Assembly (NCBI GenBank): GCA_002269645.1
Contig: NIVC01001597.1
Location: forward strand, 62,001-126,000
Origin: Macrostomum lignano
Lineage: Eukaryota
Direction of reading: 5' to 3'
Length of the DNA stretch: 64,000 bases
Shown piece after piece: positions 25,914-38,600 of the stretch. The number at the start of each line of letters is the position of its first letter. Positions within the stretch are counted from its first letter, which is position 1. The notes under the pieces are model-generated. The model did no database searches, was not told where the DNA came from, and saw nothing but the letters and a program-made list of their open reading frames with translations. Both the position numbers and the translations under genes were made by a program.

Positions 25914-26685
25914 CTGGGTGTCTAACACAGAACAGGCTGTCTAACACACAGAACAGGCTGTCTAACACACATAACAGACTGTCTAACACCCAGAACAGGC
26001 TGTCTTAACACACAGAACAGGCCATGTCTGACACACAGAACAGGCTGTCTAACACACATCCGGCTGTCTAACACACAGAACAGGCTGTCTAACACACAGA
26101 ACAGGCCATGTCTGACACACAGAACAGGCTGTCTAACACACATCCGGCTGTCTAACACACAGAACAGGCTGTCTAACACACATCCGGCTGTCTAACACAC
26201 AGAACAGGCCATGTCTGACACACAGAAAAGGCTGTCTAACACACAGAACAGGCTGTCTAACACACAGAACAGGCTGTCTAACACACATCCGGCTGTCTAA
26301 CACACAGAACAGGCCATGTCTGACACACAGAAAAGGCTGTCTAACACACAGAACAGGCTGTCTAACACACAGAACAGGCTGTCTAATACACAGAACAGGC
26401 CATGTCTGACACACAGAACAGGCTGTCTAACACATATCCAGCTGTCTAACACACAGAACAGGCTGTCTAACACACAGAACAGGCTGTCTAACACACAGAA
26501 CAGGCCATGTCTGACACACAGAACAGGCTGTCTAACACATATCCAGCTGTCTAACACACAGAACAGGCTGTCTAACACACAGAACAGGCCATGTCTAACA
26601 CACAGAACAGGCCATGTCTAACACACAGAACAGGCCATGTCTAACACACAGAACAGTCCGTCTAACACTTAGAACAGGCTGTCTA
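25914..26685. repeat. 21-bp minisatellite filling the HSF intron
   Basis: Unit gctgtctaacacacagaacag; begins ~6 nt after the donor. Confidence 0.95.
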
Positions 26686-26774
26686 GCAACTGAAAATAGA
26701 TAAAATTTTTGTACAAACTGATGACAGACTATTATATAAAGTTAACCTGTCCATGAAACCCACCATCACTGCAG

Positions 26775-27506
26775 GTGGCTGTCACCTGGCTCCTGGACTT
26801 CATCAAAGCCGCCATGGTGAATCGAAGCGCCAATCAAGGCGTCAGCGGCGGCGGCATCCGGGGGCCTCGAATAAGCGAGCCCGACCTGCAGTCTGCTGCT
26901 GACAGCTCCGCCGCTGCCGCCGCCGCCGCCTCCTCGATGGGGCCGCTGGGCGCTGCCACCTCTAGCGGCTCTGTACCGTCCGACACTTCCGGTTTCAACC
27001 GGAAGCGGCCATATCCGTTCCCCTACCCGCAGCAGCAGCAGCAGCTGATGGCTATCGAGATGCCGCCTGCGGCGCCAGCCATCGAGGCTCCCCGTCAGCG
27101 TCGGGCCATCACGCAGCTGCCGCCAACGCCGACTACCCCGCAGCCGCCGCCGCCGCTGACGCCGACAGCCGTGTCGACCTCCGCCGAGTCTCCCAGCATC
27201 GCCGACTTCTGCCCGGAGGCATTCAGCGCAGATATCAATTCCCGACAAGCCGACTTGGACGGCATTGTGAATGCTTTGGAGACGGACGAATCGTTGGACT
27301 TCGATGTTGACAGGCTGTTGGCTGAGCTGGTGCAGTCGCCGCCGACTCCACAGCAGCAGCAGCCGCAGCAACCGCCGGCTTCTGTGCCAGCGGCGGTGAC
27401 CGGTTTAACCAAACAGCAACCGCCTGGTTCAAATAACTCTGAAGACGCTGAGCCGCCACTACTGGACAGCTGTTTGATTGAGGATCCGGGACAATTGTTT
27501 AAATAA
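26775..27506 (+). CDS. Hsf: Heat shock transcription factor exon 2
   Basis: Acceptor CTGCAG, phase 0; junction reads QHQQQQ|VAVTWLLDFI, like HSF1 HAQQQKVVNKLIQFL; total 477 aa. Confidence 0.85.
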   Translation: MAVTWLLDFIKAAMVNRSANQGVSGGGIRGPRISEPDLQSAADSSAAAAAAASSMGPLGAATSSGSVPSDTSGFNRKRPYPFPYPQQQQQLMAIEMPPAAPAIEAPRQRRAITQLPPTPTTPQPPPPLTPTAVSTSAESPSIADFCPEAFSADINSRQADLDGIVNALETDESLDFDVDRLLAELVQSPPTPQQQQPQQPPASVPAAVTGLTKQQPPGSNNSEDAEPPLLDSCLIEDPGQLFK

Positions 27507-27701
27507 ATTTTGTATATGAACTATTGTGTTTATTATTATATGTATTATTATATTATCGTCATATTTTAATTAGCCCGTATTTTGCATACATGCAAATATA
27601 TATGCAGTAAACTATTTTGTGCATCATTTTATATTTAGCTACTACTTGTTTGTGTATATAATAGTAGTATATAGTCGATTTAACGACATACAATTTTAAA
27701 C

Positions 27702-27836
27702 CGATTAACATCCGAGGGGGTCATCTGACCCCACCGATTAACATCAGAGGGGTCATCTGATCCCACCGATTAACATCCGAGGGGGCCATCTGACCCCACC
27801 GATTAACATCAGAGGGGGTCATCTGACCCCACCGAT
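27702..27836. repeat. 33-bp repeat x4 with internal palindrome
   Basis: Unit cgattaacatccgagggggtcatctgaccccac (GGGGTCA-TC-TGACCCC). Confidence 0.85.
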
Positions 27837-28249
27837 CTACATTTTTAATGGAAAAAAATTAAATTTAGGACTATATACAAAATATGAAGCTACTTTAAGT
27901 AGCTAATTAAACGACTACCTGGTAGATTAATAAAATTGTCTATAGATTTATCCGTTATTTTTTGTCGGTTAATGTAAATCTAAAATCTAAAATTTGTTTT
28001 GAGTATTGGGCATCGTTGTATTTTTTTCATCATTTTTTTTATCTGAACATTGCTTCGGTTACCAACGCAAGATGATTTCAAACATTTGCAGACAGCAAAC
28101 TGCCCCTTCATATCCACACTCAGACCACACTCGACATCACATATATTTCAGCATTTCTTGTAGCTCCCGTGTCGGCACTAAGTTTTAAACGCCTTAAATT
28201 TCCAACCTTCAGATGTTTTGAGCTGGCATTAATGTTTTGAGAGAATCGC

Positions 28250-29035
28250 CCTTCGGAGTCTACCCAGATAATCGCCTTTTGAATCTACCCAGAAGATCGT
28301 CTTTAGAGTCTACCCAGATAATCTCCTTTGGAGTCTACCCAGATAATCTCCTTTGGAGTCCACCCAGATAATCTCCTTTGGAGTCTACCCAGATAATCTC
28401 ATGTGGAATCTACCCAGATAATCTCCTGTGGAATCTACCCAGAAAATCTGGAATCTACCCAGATAATCTCCTGTGGAATCTACCCAGATAATCTCCTGTG
28501 AAGTCTACCCAGATAATCTCCTGTGGAATCTACCCAGATAATCTCCTGTGGAATCTACCCAGAAAATCTGTGGAATCTACCCAGATAATCGCCTTTGGAA
28601 TCTACCCAGAAAATCTCCTGTGGAATCTACCCAGATAATCTCCTTTGGAGTCTACCCAGATAATCTCCTTTGGAGTCTACCCAGATAATCTCCTTTGGAG
28701 TCTACCCAGATAATCGCCTTTGGAATCTACCCAGAAAATCGCCTTTGGAATCTACCCAGAAAATCGCCTTTGGAATCTACCCAGAAAATCTCCTGTGGAA
28801 TCTACGCAGAAAATCTGTGGAATCTACGCAGAAAATCTCCTGTGGAATCTACCCAGAAAATCTCCTGTGGAATCTACGCAGAAAATCTCCTGTGGAATCT
28901 ACCCAGAAAATCTCCTGTGGAATCTACCCAGAAAATCTCCTGTGGAATCTACCCAGAAAATCTCCTGTGGAATCTACCCAGAAAATCGTCTTTGGAATCT
29001 ACCCAGATAATCTCCTTTGGAATATATCCAGAAAA
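28250..29035. repeat. 25-bp minisatellite
   Basis: Unit tctacccagataatctcctttggag and variants. Confidence 0.93.
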
Positions 29036-29584
29036 TCTAAAGTTCAGAACCCAAAAATTCCTTACTTCAAGAGAGCCCCGGTTTTGCACTCATAAATAGA
29101 TTGGATTACTGTATGGTCAGATGGCTTCAGAGCAAAGTAACTTCACTCGTAAAGGCCCGCTTTGCGTTGCACTTGACTCACTATTTTCACCTTGTCAGGC
29201 AGTGATTGGATGTAACTTCATAATTGTATGCTTATCTAGTTATTGTCTGCTTTCTCTAGCATAGCAGCAAAGAATGCGCTGTTTCTGCTTGTTGCTGTTT
29301 CTGAGAACAGAAGTTGCTTTTGTTGCGTCTGTCAGCACACGTGTTTAAATTTGCATCTTTAAACTGTATTTTCCCTGTTTGCGTACAATACTCGTATGCT
29401 TGTCTGTTGCTTCTGCTGTGGAAAATATGTATATTTTGTCTGAACTGTAACTAATACATTTTCAATAGAAGACACTTGCTTGTTTTCATAACGTAAAATG
29501 TTGTTATATTTTTGTTGATAGCTTCAGCCGTAAACATTTTTTATTTAAAATTGGATTTATCTTCTCTTGGGGTCATCGTTTGGA

Positions 29585-30180
29585 AGGTCTTAAAGGTCGT
29601 CGGATCAGTGGATATTCCAAAAATCATCGTTTTAACTGCCCCGAAGGTCACAGCTTTGAAGCTCCTGAAGATCACTGCTTTGAGGGTAGCAAAAGTCACG
29701 TGTTGAATGTACCCACAATCATTGCGTTGAAGGTTTTAAAGATCATAGTGTTGTAGGTCCCGCAGACAATCTTGTTGAAGGTCGCGAAGACGACCGAGTT
29801 GAATATCCCGGAGATCATTGTGTTGAGTGTCCCGAAGATCATTGTATTGAATGTTGCGAATATCATGTGTTGAATGTCCCGAAGATCATTGTATTGAATG
29901 TCCCAAAGATCATCGAGTTGAATGTCCCGAAGATCATCTTGTTGAATGTCCTGAAGATCATCGAGTTGAATGTCCCGAAGATCATTGTGTTAAATGGTTC
30001 GAATATCATGTGTTGAATGTCCCGAAGATCATCGAGTTAAATGTCCCGAAGATCATCGAGTTGAATGTCACGATGATCATCGCATTGAATGTCCCAAAAA
30101 TAATTATGTTGAATTTTGCAAAGATTTTCGGGTTGAATGTACCGAAGTTCACGCGTTAAATATCTCGAAGTTAATCGATC
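29585..30180. repeat. Degenerate 24-bp minisatellite
   Basis: Unit gttgaatgtcccgaagatcatcga. Confidence 0.85.
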
Positions 30181-30700
30181 GTCTTGACTGTCGTGAAGGC
30201 CTTAGCGGAATGGGCGCCCGCGCCTTCCCGCTGTGTCCCCTCCGGGACAGCCCTGCAGCTAAGTCAAGTCGTGAAGGCCTTAGAGATCGTCGGAGGTGCT
30301 GGACATCATCTGCAACTCAGAAGAGGGTCTTACAAAAGCACCAACTGAAATGTGCTATACAATAAAATTGACTAAACGCGAAGACCAGGATTCTTTGAAG
30401 ACAGAAGAAAGATAACAGTGTTTAAGTCAGAAAATGTCGAGTGTCATAGCTATATATTAATTTACGCACAAATATTAGTGTTGTTCTATGTCTACTATTA
30501 GTAGAGCAGGATGAGTATCATTCATTTGTTATCGTATCAAGAGTATCGAAGGTCAAACTAACTTGATCCAAGCAAAATCCAGCAATGTACCTTCATACGA
30601 GCGTAATGAATATCGGAGTAGAACATTATTGAGAGGCGTCAACGGCCTCCCCTGCTTGATGCATGGCCCCCACACCGGTTCCGACACCTATGCTAGCAAT

Positions 30701-31396
30701 TCAAGCTAGCCAATCATTGAAATCCGCTCCCAGCTTGAGGTCCGGCACAATCCGCCTCAGGTCTACCAGATTAGTGCGGTACTCCTGTCGCTTGGGCCCG
30801 TTGTAGTCCCAAACTGGTCCGCTCTTGCGCACATCGTGAACGGCAAATACTGGCTGGGACGAGTCCGTGATTGGATTTAAATTCGTCACGTCTGAGCACA
30901 GGTTAGTGAGATTCTTCACCCGGCGCAGACGGCGCACTTTTGGCTCGGAGCCTGTGGCGATCCTCTTGCAGGCGCTTTCCAAACTGGACGCCCGAAATTT
31001 CCTGAAATCAGCTGAACTGCTGTTCAGGGTGTTGTTCAAATACGGATAGAAACTGAACGACGGTGGCAGGTAAACGGTTGACATGGAGTTGTTAGTCAGC
31101 GGTGTTCGATTTGAGTATTTCTCAATTATTCTTGTGAGTCCGAACGGTCCCGCAAAACCGAGAATGTCGAACTTTGGATCCACCATGGCCAGCTGCTCAA
31201 GTGCAAACCGGAAGAAGCCGTGATTCGGTGCCGACATGAGGAAGGCCGGATTCGCCAGCGGCTTGACTGGCCAGTTCAGGCCGAGAAACGTCAGCGAGTG
31301 CGCCTCCGGCTCTCGAGTCACCACCGCAGGGAAGCGGCGAACTTCGTCCAGACTCTGGACCAGACTGTAGTCCAGGTCGGCGTACGTGCCTCCGAA
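30701..31396 (-). CDS. GT32 DXD-motif glycosyltransferase exon 2
   Basis: Acceptor CAACAG, then FGGTYADLDY (DXD motif) and NPAFLMSAPNHGFF; model complement(join(30701..31396,32067..32585)) = 404 aa. Confidence 0.85.
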   Translation of the reverse strand, partial: FGGTYADLDYSLVQSLDEVRRFPAVVTREPEAHSLTFLGLNWPVKPLANPAFLMSAPNHGFFRFALEQLAMVDPKFDILGFAGPFGLTRIIEKYSNRTPLTNNSMSTVYLPPSFSFYPYLNNTLNSSSADFRKFRASSLESACKRIATGSEPKVRRLRRVKNLTNLCSDVTNLNPITDSSQPVFAVHDVRKSGPVWDYNGPKRQEYRTNLVDLRRIVPDLKLGADFNDWLA

Positions 31397-31438
31397 CTGT
31401 TGAGGTGTTCCAGTGTTGGCTTTTTGTTGCTCAGTTTC

Positions 31439-32015
31439 TTAAGCAAGAACCAAGTCGCCAGCCCTTGAGACCGTCAGGATATTCAACGATTCTGCCAGAA
31501 GGTCGGATTTCATCAGCACGTCGATCCACGTGTCTGCATCAGCTTTGATTTCGTTGGTTACTGGTCTTCATCTAGACGGAGCTTCTGGACCTTCAACAGG
31601 TGGCATCAGGTGACTATGGACACCTTGCTGCAAATGTCTCTGATGTCTCTGATCAAGAATCAACAGTGGGCCAGCCTCAACTGCTGCGTATCCTCAATCA
31701 GTATCTCTGCCTAGTGCCGTAGAAGAAGGCGACGGCGTCGGGATGATGACGGAATGCTTGAGATACAGTTGAGGCTTCCCCACTGTTGATTCTTGATCAG
31801 AGACACCATGTAGAGACATTCGCTACAGGGTGTTCATAGTCACCTGATGCCACCTGTTGAAGGTCCAGAAGCTCCGTCTAGGTGAAGGCCAGTAACTAAC
31901 GAAATCAGAGCTGATGCAGACACATGTGATCGACGTGCTGATTAAATCCAACCTGCTGGCAAAATCGTTGAATAACCTGACGGTCTCAAGGGCTGGCGAA
32001 TTGGTTCTTGTTTAA
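31439..32015. mobile_element. Foldback / long inverted-repeat element in the glycosyltransferase intron
   Basis: Arms 31439-31683 and 31766-32015 are highly similar reverse complements; TTAA at both outer ends. Confidence 0.85.
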
Positions 32016-32066
32016 CAGCAATTTAGTTTTCGATGATTTTGTGTGGCACAGCAAACAGACACCAAC

Positions 32067-32585
32067 CTTGAGCAGTAGCATGTAGCGAATATAGTCAACC
32101 CGTTGGATTTGCAGTTTCAAAGATTTGAACTGCTTCAGCACTGCCGGGAAATTCGCGGCCACAAACGGCTCCAGATCCTGGTCGCGCCAGAGCACGTAGG
32201 TCCAGTCAGGGTGAATTCTGTGCCAGGTTCTCAGCTGCTCAGCGAAATACGCCGAAACGGATTCATTGCGCCACAGGATGTGTCGAATCTTCGGTATCGG
32301 AAATGTGTATCTTCTGTGCAGATGCTCTACGTACTCGCGCCTGCAGATCTGGTTTGTGCAGACAGTTGGCAGCAGAATTCTCGTCGTGAAATTCACATTC
32401 TGACTCGCCAGCGCAGTCTGGCTGCTATCAACCGTGCTGAACAATGCCGCGATGAGTAGCCTGTCCCTGGCTGGCTTGTCCAGCAGCGCGACCAGCTGCG
32501 CGACAAATGCGTAACCCAGCAGCAGACCGAAGGTGACGGCCGCTACAGAGCGCCACTTGGAGCAGAGTTTTGCACACGGCTGCAT
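32067..32585 (-). CDS. GT32 glycosyltransferase exon 1
   Basis: N-terminal hydrophobic anchor; IPKIRHILW, HPDWTYVLWRD and IQRVDYIRY motifs; phase-0 donor GTTGGT. Confidence 0.87.
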
Positions 32586-33176
32586 GTGATCTATCTAGTC
32601 TAACTAGTCTCACACAGAAGGACGTTCCCTGTGTCTTTTATATATACACAAATCTATCCAAGCTACAGTAACTGTATGTGACTGGTTTGTCATTATGGCC
32701 GTACGAATCAATTTTCGTTTGGCTTTATAAAAACAGCAACGTGCAAAACTGTTTATTGATTCTTGTTTACATGCATCGAAATTTGTCAACCATAGCTATA
32801 AACGTCTTTTTCATTGATCCACTCAAGATGTGATTTCTACCATGACAAGATATTGTAGAGAGGAATAAACTATTGCATAAGTTTCCAAAGTAGAAGAATA
32901 ATGGGTACCTAATGTATTATATCCTGACTTTCTAATCCTTTGACTAAGGAATCAGGATTGGACTAATCCTCTAATGACTTTCTAATAGTCGGACGCGTTG
33001 ACCGCTGACCCCTGTTATTGAAAATTTATGTAGACAGCTAAAAATAAACTTAATTACAAGCCTTAGTCTGTGTCTTAAATTAACGTGCTCATAATTAGCT
33101 AGATAATTTATTCCAGTTGCGCAACAGAGCTTGCTGCTCAGAGTAAATTAGCTTTAATATTATAGTTTGAGCAAGC

Positions 33177-36100
33177 ATGACAACTGTGACAGCAACAGGC
33201 TGCTCGAATAAGACCAACTGCAGCAGGAGTGCCAGCGCGTTGACTGCCCACAACGAGACGGATGTGATGAGCTGTGACGATGGCGACAGTCTGCAGGGCC
33301 TGCTGCTCAGGACGAGGTCGGCTCTGCTGCGACTGCGGGATTGCCAAGGCAATGCTGAGAATGATGACGAATGCGGACAGATCGATCTGGAAGCGGCACT
33401 GGCTGAGGTTAACACCTGGCTGCAAGCTGTCGAACTGCAGCTTGATGCTGATGGCTATGATGATGAGGTGAGCTGGAGTTGTCTGGAGGGCGAGCAGAAG
33501 AGAGGGAGGGAGCAGATTAGAGAGGAGAGAGAGCGGATAAGAGAGGGAAGGGAGCGGATAAGAGAGGGAGGGAGCGGATAAGAGAGGGGAGGGAGCGGAT
33601 TAGAGAGGGAGGGAGCGGATTAGAGGGGAGAGAGCGGATAAGAGAGGGAGGGGGCAGATTAGATGGAAGGGAGCGGATTGGAGAGGGAGGGAGCGGATAA
33701 GAGAGGGGAGGGAGCGGATTAGAGAGGGAGGGAGCGGATTAGAGAGGGAGGGGCGGATTAGATGGAAGGGAGCGGATTGGAGAGGGAGGGAGCGGATAAG
33801 AGAGGGAGGGAGCGGATAAGCGAGGGTAGGGAGAGGATCAGAAAGAAGAAGCAGCGGATCAGAGGAAACTGTTGAACACGAACGCCCCTAAAAAGTTGAG
33901 CACAGCAGTGGCAAAAGACCAGCAAACTGATCACGCCACAATCAGCGAGATTCGAACCTGGACTCCGGACACCAGATGCTGCTGCGACTGCGACATCGCG
34001 AACGCTGAGGAGAGGGACACCGCATCGAGCATCGAATTCAGCTTGCAGTCGGCATCCCGCCTGATTCCCAGCGAGCTGCTTCAGAGGCTGGACCGCCGCA
34101 TCAACCAGCTGTGCGGCCAGAGGGGGGCAGCAGCGGCGGGGAAACAGACAGCCAAACAGGTTAGATTAAATTTGCGGCTCGTACCCGGCAAATTCTGCAA
34201 ACTCCACGGTCTTCTGTAGATGCCGATCAAATCTGCTTCAGAGACTTCTGTAGATCTCTGGATTGTCTGCCTGTAGATTTCTAGATCGTCTGCCTGTAGA
34301 TTTCTAGATCGTCTGCCTGTAGATTTCTAGATCGTCTGCCTGTAGATCTCTGGATCGCCTGCCTGTAGATCTCTAGATCGCCTGCCTGTAGATCTCTAGA
34401 TCGCCTGCCTGTAGATTTCTAGATCGTCTGCCTGTAGATTTCTAGATCGTCTGCCTGTAGATCGCTGGATCGCCTGCCTGTAGATCTCTAGATCGCCTGC
34501 CTGTAGATTTCTAGATCGTCTGCCTGTAGATCTCTGGATCGTCTGCCTGTAGATTTCTAGATCGTCTGCCTGTAGATTTCTAGATCGCCTGCCTGTAGAC
34601 CTCTGGATCGTCTGCCTGTAGATTTCTAGATCGCCTGCCTGTAGATCTCTAGATCGTCTGCCTGTAGATTTCTAGATCGTCTGCCTGTAGATTTCTAGAT
34701 CGTCTGCCTGTAGATCTTTGGATAGTCTGCCTGTAGATCTCTGGATAGTCTGCCTGTAGATTTCTAGATCGTCTGCCTGTAGATTTCTAGATCGTCTGCC
34801 TGTAGATCTTTGGATAGTCTGCCTGTAGATCTCTGGATAATCTGCCTGTAGATTTCTAGATCGTCTGCCTGTAGATTTCTAGATCGTCTGCCTGTAGATT
34901 TCTAGATCGTCTGCCTGTAGATCTCTGGATCGCCTGCCTGTAGATCTCTAGATCGCCTGCCTGTAGATTTCTAGATCGTCTGCCTGTAGATTTCTAGATC
35001 GTCTGCCTGTAGATCGCTGGATCGTCTGCCTGTAGATCTTTGGATAGTCTGCCTGTAGATCTCTGGATAGTCTGCCTGTAGATTTCTAGATCGTCTGCCT
35101 GTAGATTTCTAGATCGTCTGCCTGTAGATCTCTGTATCGTCTGCCTGTAGATCTCTGGATCGCCTGCCTGTAGATTTCTAGATCGTCTGTCTGTAGATTT
35201 CTAGATCGTCTGCCTGTAGATCGCTGGATCGCCTGCCTGTAGATCTCTAGATCACCTGCCTGTAGATTTCTAGATCGTCTGCCTGTAGATCTTTAGATCG
35301 TCTGCGTGTAGATTTCTAGATCGTCTGCCTGTAGATTTCTAGATCGCCTGCCTGTAGATCTCTGGGTCGCCTGCCTGTAGATTTCTAGATCGTCTGCCTG
35401 TAGATCTCTGTATCGTCTGCCTGTAGATCTCTGGATCGTATGCCTGTAGATCTCTGGATCGTCTGCCTGTAGATCTCTGGATCGCCTGCCTGTAGATCTC
35501 TGGATCGCCTGCCTGTAGATTTCTAGATAGTCTGCCTGTAGATCTCTGGATCGTCTGCCTGTAGATCTCTGGATCGTCTGCCTGTAGATCTCTAGATCGC
35601 CTGCCTGTAGATTTCTAGATCGTCTGCCTGTAGATCTCTGGATCGTCTGCCTGTAGATTTCTAGATCGTCTGCCTGTAGATCTCTGGATAGTCTGCCTGT
35701 AGATCTCTGGATCGTTTGCCTGTAGATTTCTAGATCGTCTGCCTGTAGATTTCTAGATCGTCTGCCTGTAGATTTCTAGATCGCCTGCCTGTAGATCTTT
35801 AGATCGTCTGCGTGTATATTTCTAGATCGTCTGCCTGTAGATCTCTGGATCGTTTGCCTGTAGATTTCTAGATCGTCTGCCTGTAGATTTCTAGATCGCC
35901 TGCCTGTAGATCTCTGGATCGCCTGCCTGTAGATCTCTAGATCGTCTGCCTGTAGATCTCTGGATCGTCTGCCTGTAGATCTCTAGATCGCCTGCCTGTA
36001 GATCTCTGGGTCATCTGCCTGTAGATCTCTGGATCTTCTGCCTGTAGATCTCTAGATCGTCTGCCTGTAGATCTCTGGATCGCCTGCCTATAGATCTCTG

Positions 36101-37626
36101 GATCGCCTGCCTGTAGATTTCTAGATCGTCTGCCTGTAGATCTCTGGATCGTCTGCCTGTAGATCTCTGGATCGTTTGCCTGTAGATTTCTAGATCGTCT
36201 GCCTGTAGATCTCTGGATCGTTTGCCTGTAGATTTCTAGATCGTCTGCCTGTAGATCTCTGGATAGTCTGCCTGTAGATCTCTGGATCGTTTGTCTGTAG
36301 ATTTCTAGATCGTCTGCCTGTAGATTTCTAGATCGTCTGCCTGTAGATCTTTAGATCGTCTGCGTGTAGATTTCTAGATCGTCTGCCTGTAGATCTCTGG
36401 ATCGTTTGCCTGTAGATTTCTAGATCGTCTGCCTGTAGATCTCTGGATCGTCTGCCTGTAGATCTCTGGATCGTCTGCCTGTAGATTTCTAGATCGTCTG
36501 CCTGTAGATTTCTAGATCGCCTGCCTGTAGATTTCTAGATCGTCTGCCTGTAGATCGCTGGATCGCCTGCCTGTAGATCTCTAGATCGCCTGCCTGTAGA
36601 TTTCTAGATCGTCTGCCTGTAGATCTCTGGATCGTCTGCCTGTAGATTTCTAGATCGTCTGCCTGTAGATTTCTAGATCGTCTGCCTGTAGATCTCTGGA
36701 TAGTCTGCCTGTAGATTTCTAGATCGTCTGCCTGTAGATTACTAGATTGTCTGCCTGTAGATTTCTAGATCGTCTGCCTGTAAATCTCTGGATCGCCTGC
36801 CTGTAGATTTCTAGATCGCCTGCCTGTAGATTTCTAGATAGTCTGCCTGTAGATTTCTAGATCGTCTGCCTGTAGATCTCTGGATCGCCTGCCTGTAGAT
36901 TTCTAGATCGTCTGCCTGTAGATCTCTGGATCGTCTGCCTGTAGATCTCTGGATTGTCTGCCTTTAGATCTGTAGATCTTGTCTGTAGATCTCTAGATCT
37001 TCTGCCTGAAGATCTCTAGATCTTTTGCTTGTAGATCTCTAGATCTTATGGCTGTAAATCTCTGAATATATTGTATGTAGTTCTATGTATCTCCTGCCTG
37101 TAGATCTCTTGATCTGCCTGTAGATCTCTGCATTCAGTATATGTAGATCTCCAGATCTACAGCTCGTGCAGATCTCCAATCTGTCTATAGATGACTGAAT
37201 CCTATGTCTATAGAGCCCAAATCATTTTTTCTGTTCAACTCCCAAATCCTCTTGTTTTTAGTCCTCGAATTTTCTGTCAATAAATCGATGACTAATTTGT
37301 CTGTAGATCATGTTATCATTTGCCTTTAGATATCCTAGCACTTCAGTCTGTAGATCAGTAATTAACATCTCCCAACAACACGGATCCCCGGTTTCCTTCA
37401 CTCAGCCGGTTGCCAGCTCCGCCAATCCTCGTCCAAAACCGGCCGCTTCGCTGCATCCCTGCCTGCTGGCCCGGCCACCCTCGGCCGCTCTGTCCGGTCG
37501 CCTGTTGCGAGGTCGAGGTCTGATTAAAACAAAGACTGAAAACTTTGCGCCCGCTCAGAGCCAGAAACAGTCGAGAGTGCCGCCTCTGCAGCGCACGCTT
37601 TTCAGCACCCTCTGCAGCCACCCTCT

Positions 37627-37658
<32 letters not shown>

Positions 37659-37786
37659 CAAAGATTCAGTCATCGTCAGTTTCAAATTTTACAAAATCGA
37701 AATTTTCGACAGCGCCAAGAATTCGCGTGATGGCAGTTGTGCGGCACAATGAGGCGGCTGGACATCAGCTGATGGGAGGCATTTAG
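33177..37786 (+). CDS. Hypothetical 3-exon gene
   Basis: Tentative join(33177..33467,33923..34159,37406..37786); all junctions phase-0 GT-AG; 302 aa with helical segments and polyQ; no family recognised; first acceptor is weak. Confidence 0.35.
33490..33850. repeat. ~18-bp purine-rich minisatellite
   Basis: Unit agagggagggagcggata. Confidence 0.85.
34245..37180. repeat. 23-bp minisatellite, >120 copies
   Basis: Unit cctgtagat(t/c)tct(a/g)gatcgtctg. Confidence 0.96.
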
Positions 37787-38208
37787 CAGGCCGACTAGCT
37801 GGTTGTACTCGCAAAAAATTAGGTTTCAGATGTTGAATATAGCAGCTACCTGCAGCACTCATTCATCCCATTTTTTAATTGAGCAATTTTGTTTCAAAGT
37901 TAAATAAATATTTTCAGTCACTCGAGGCTGCACAGATAAGTCAAGTCATTTTTCAAAGAATGAAATGTGTTTTTTATAAAGCAGAGAACTCTAGTAGAAA
38001 GTTTATAAATAATTAAGGAAGTAAATCTGCAATTACAGACGTTTTCATTCAGTATCAATTGTCTAATTTTTATTCTTTGATGCAGAGGCGTTCGTTCACG
38101 CACAGGGCCGCGGCCCCCGCACCCTATTATTGCCCCCACGAAGATATCGCTTCCCTAGGTTAGGCATCCACTGGCGTAGGAGACACAGAGTAGGGAGAGG
38201 TTGTTGCC

Positions 38209-38600
38209 TACCAAGAGACAGGAGCGCCAACCAAGAGACAGGGGCGCCCAACCAAGAGACAGGGGCGCCCAACCAAGAGACAGGGGCGCCAACCAAGAGA
38301 CAGGGGCGCCAACCAAGAGACAGGGGCGCCCAACCAAGAGACAGGGGCGCCCACCAAGAGACAGGGGCGCCCACCAAGAGACAGGGGCGCCCAACCAAGA
38401 GACAGGGGCGCCAACCAAGAGACAGGGGCGCCCAACCAAGAGACAGGGGCGTCAACAAGAGACAGGGGCGCCAACCAAGAGACAGGGGCGCCCACCAAGA
38501 GACAGGGGTGCCCACCAAGAGACAGGGGCGCCCACCAAGAGACAGGGGCGCCAACCAAGAGACAGGGGCGCCCACCAGGAGACAGGGGCGCCCACCAAGA
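38209..38600. repeat. 20-21-bp minisatellite
   Basis: Unit ccaagagacaggggcgcc(c)aa. Confidence 0.92.

Noticed and set aside
29851-30159. Cys/His-rich VECPEDH repeat peptide
   Set aside because: It comes from a degenerate 24-bp array with frameshifts and a TTG start.
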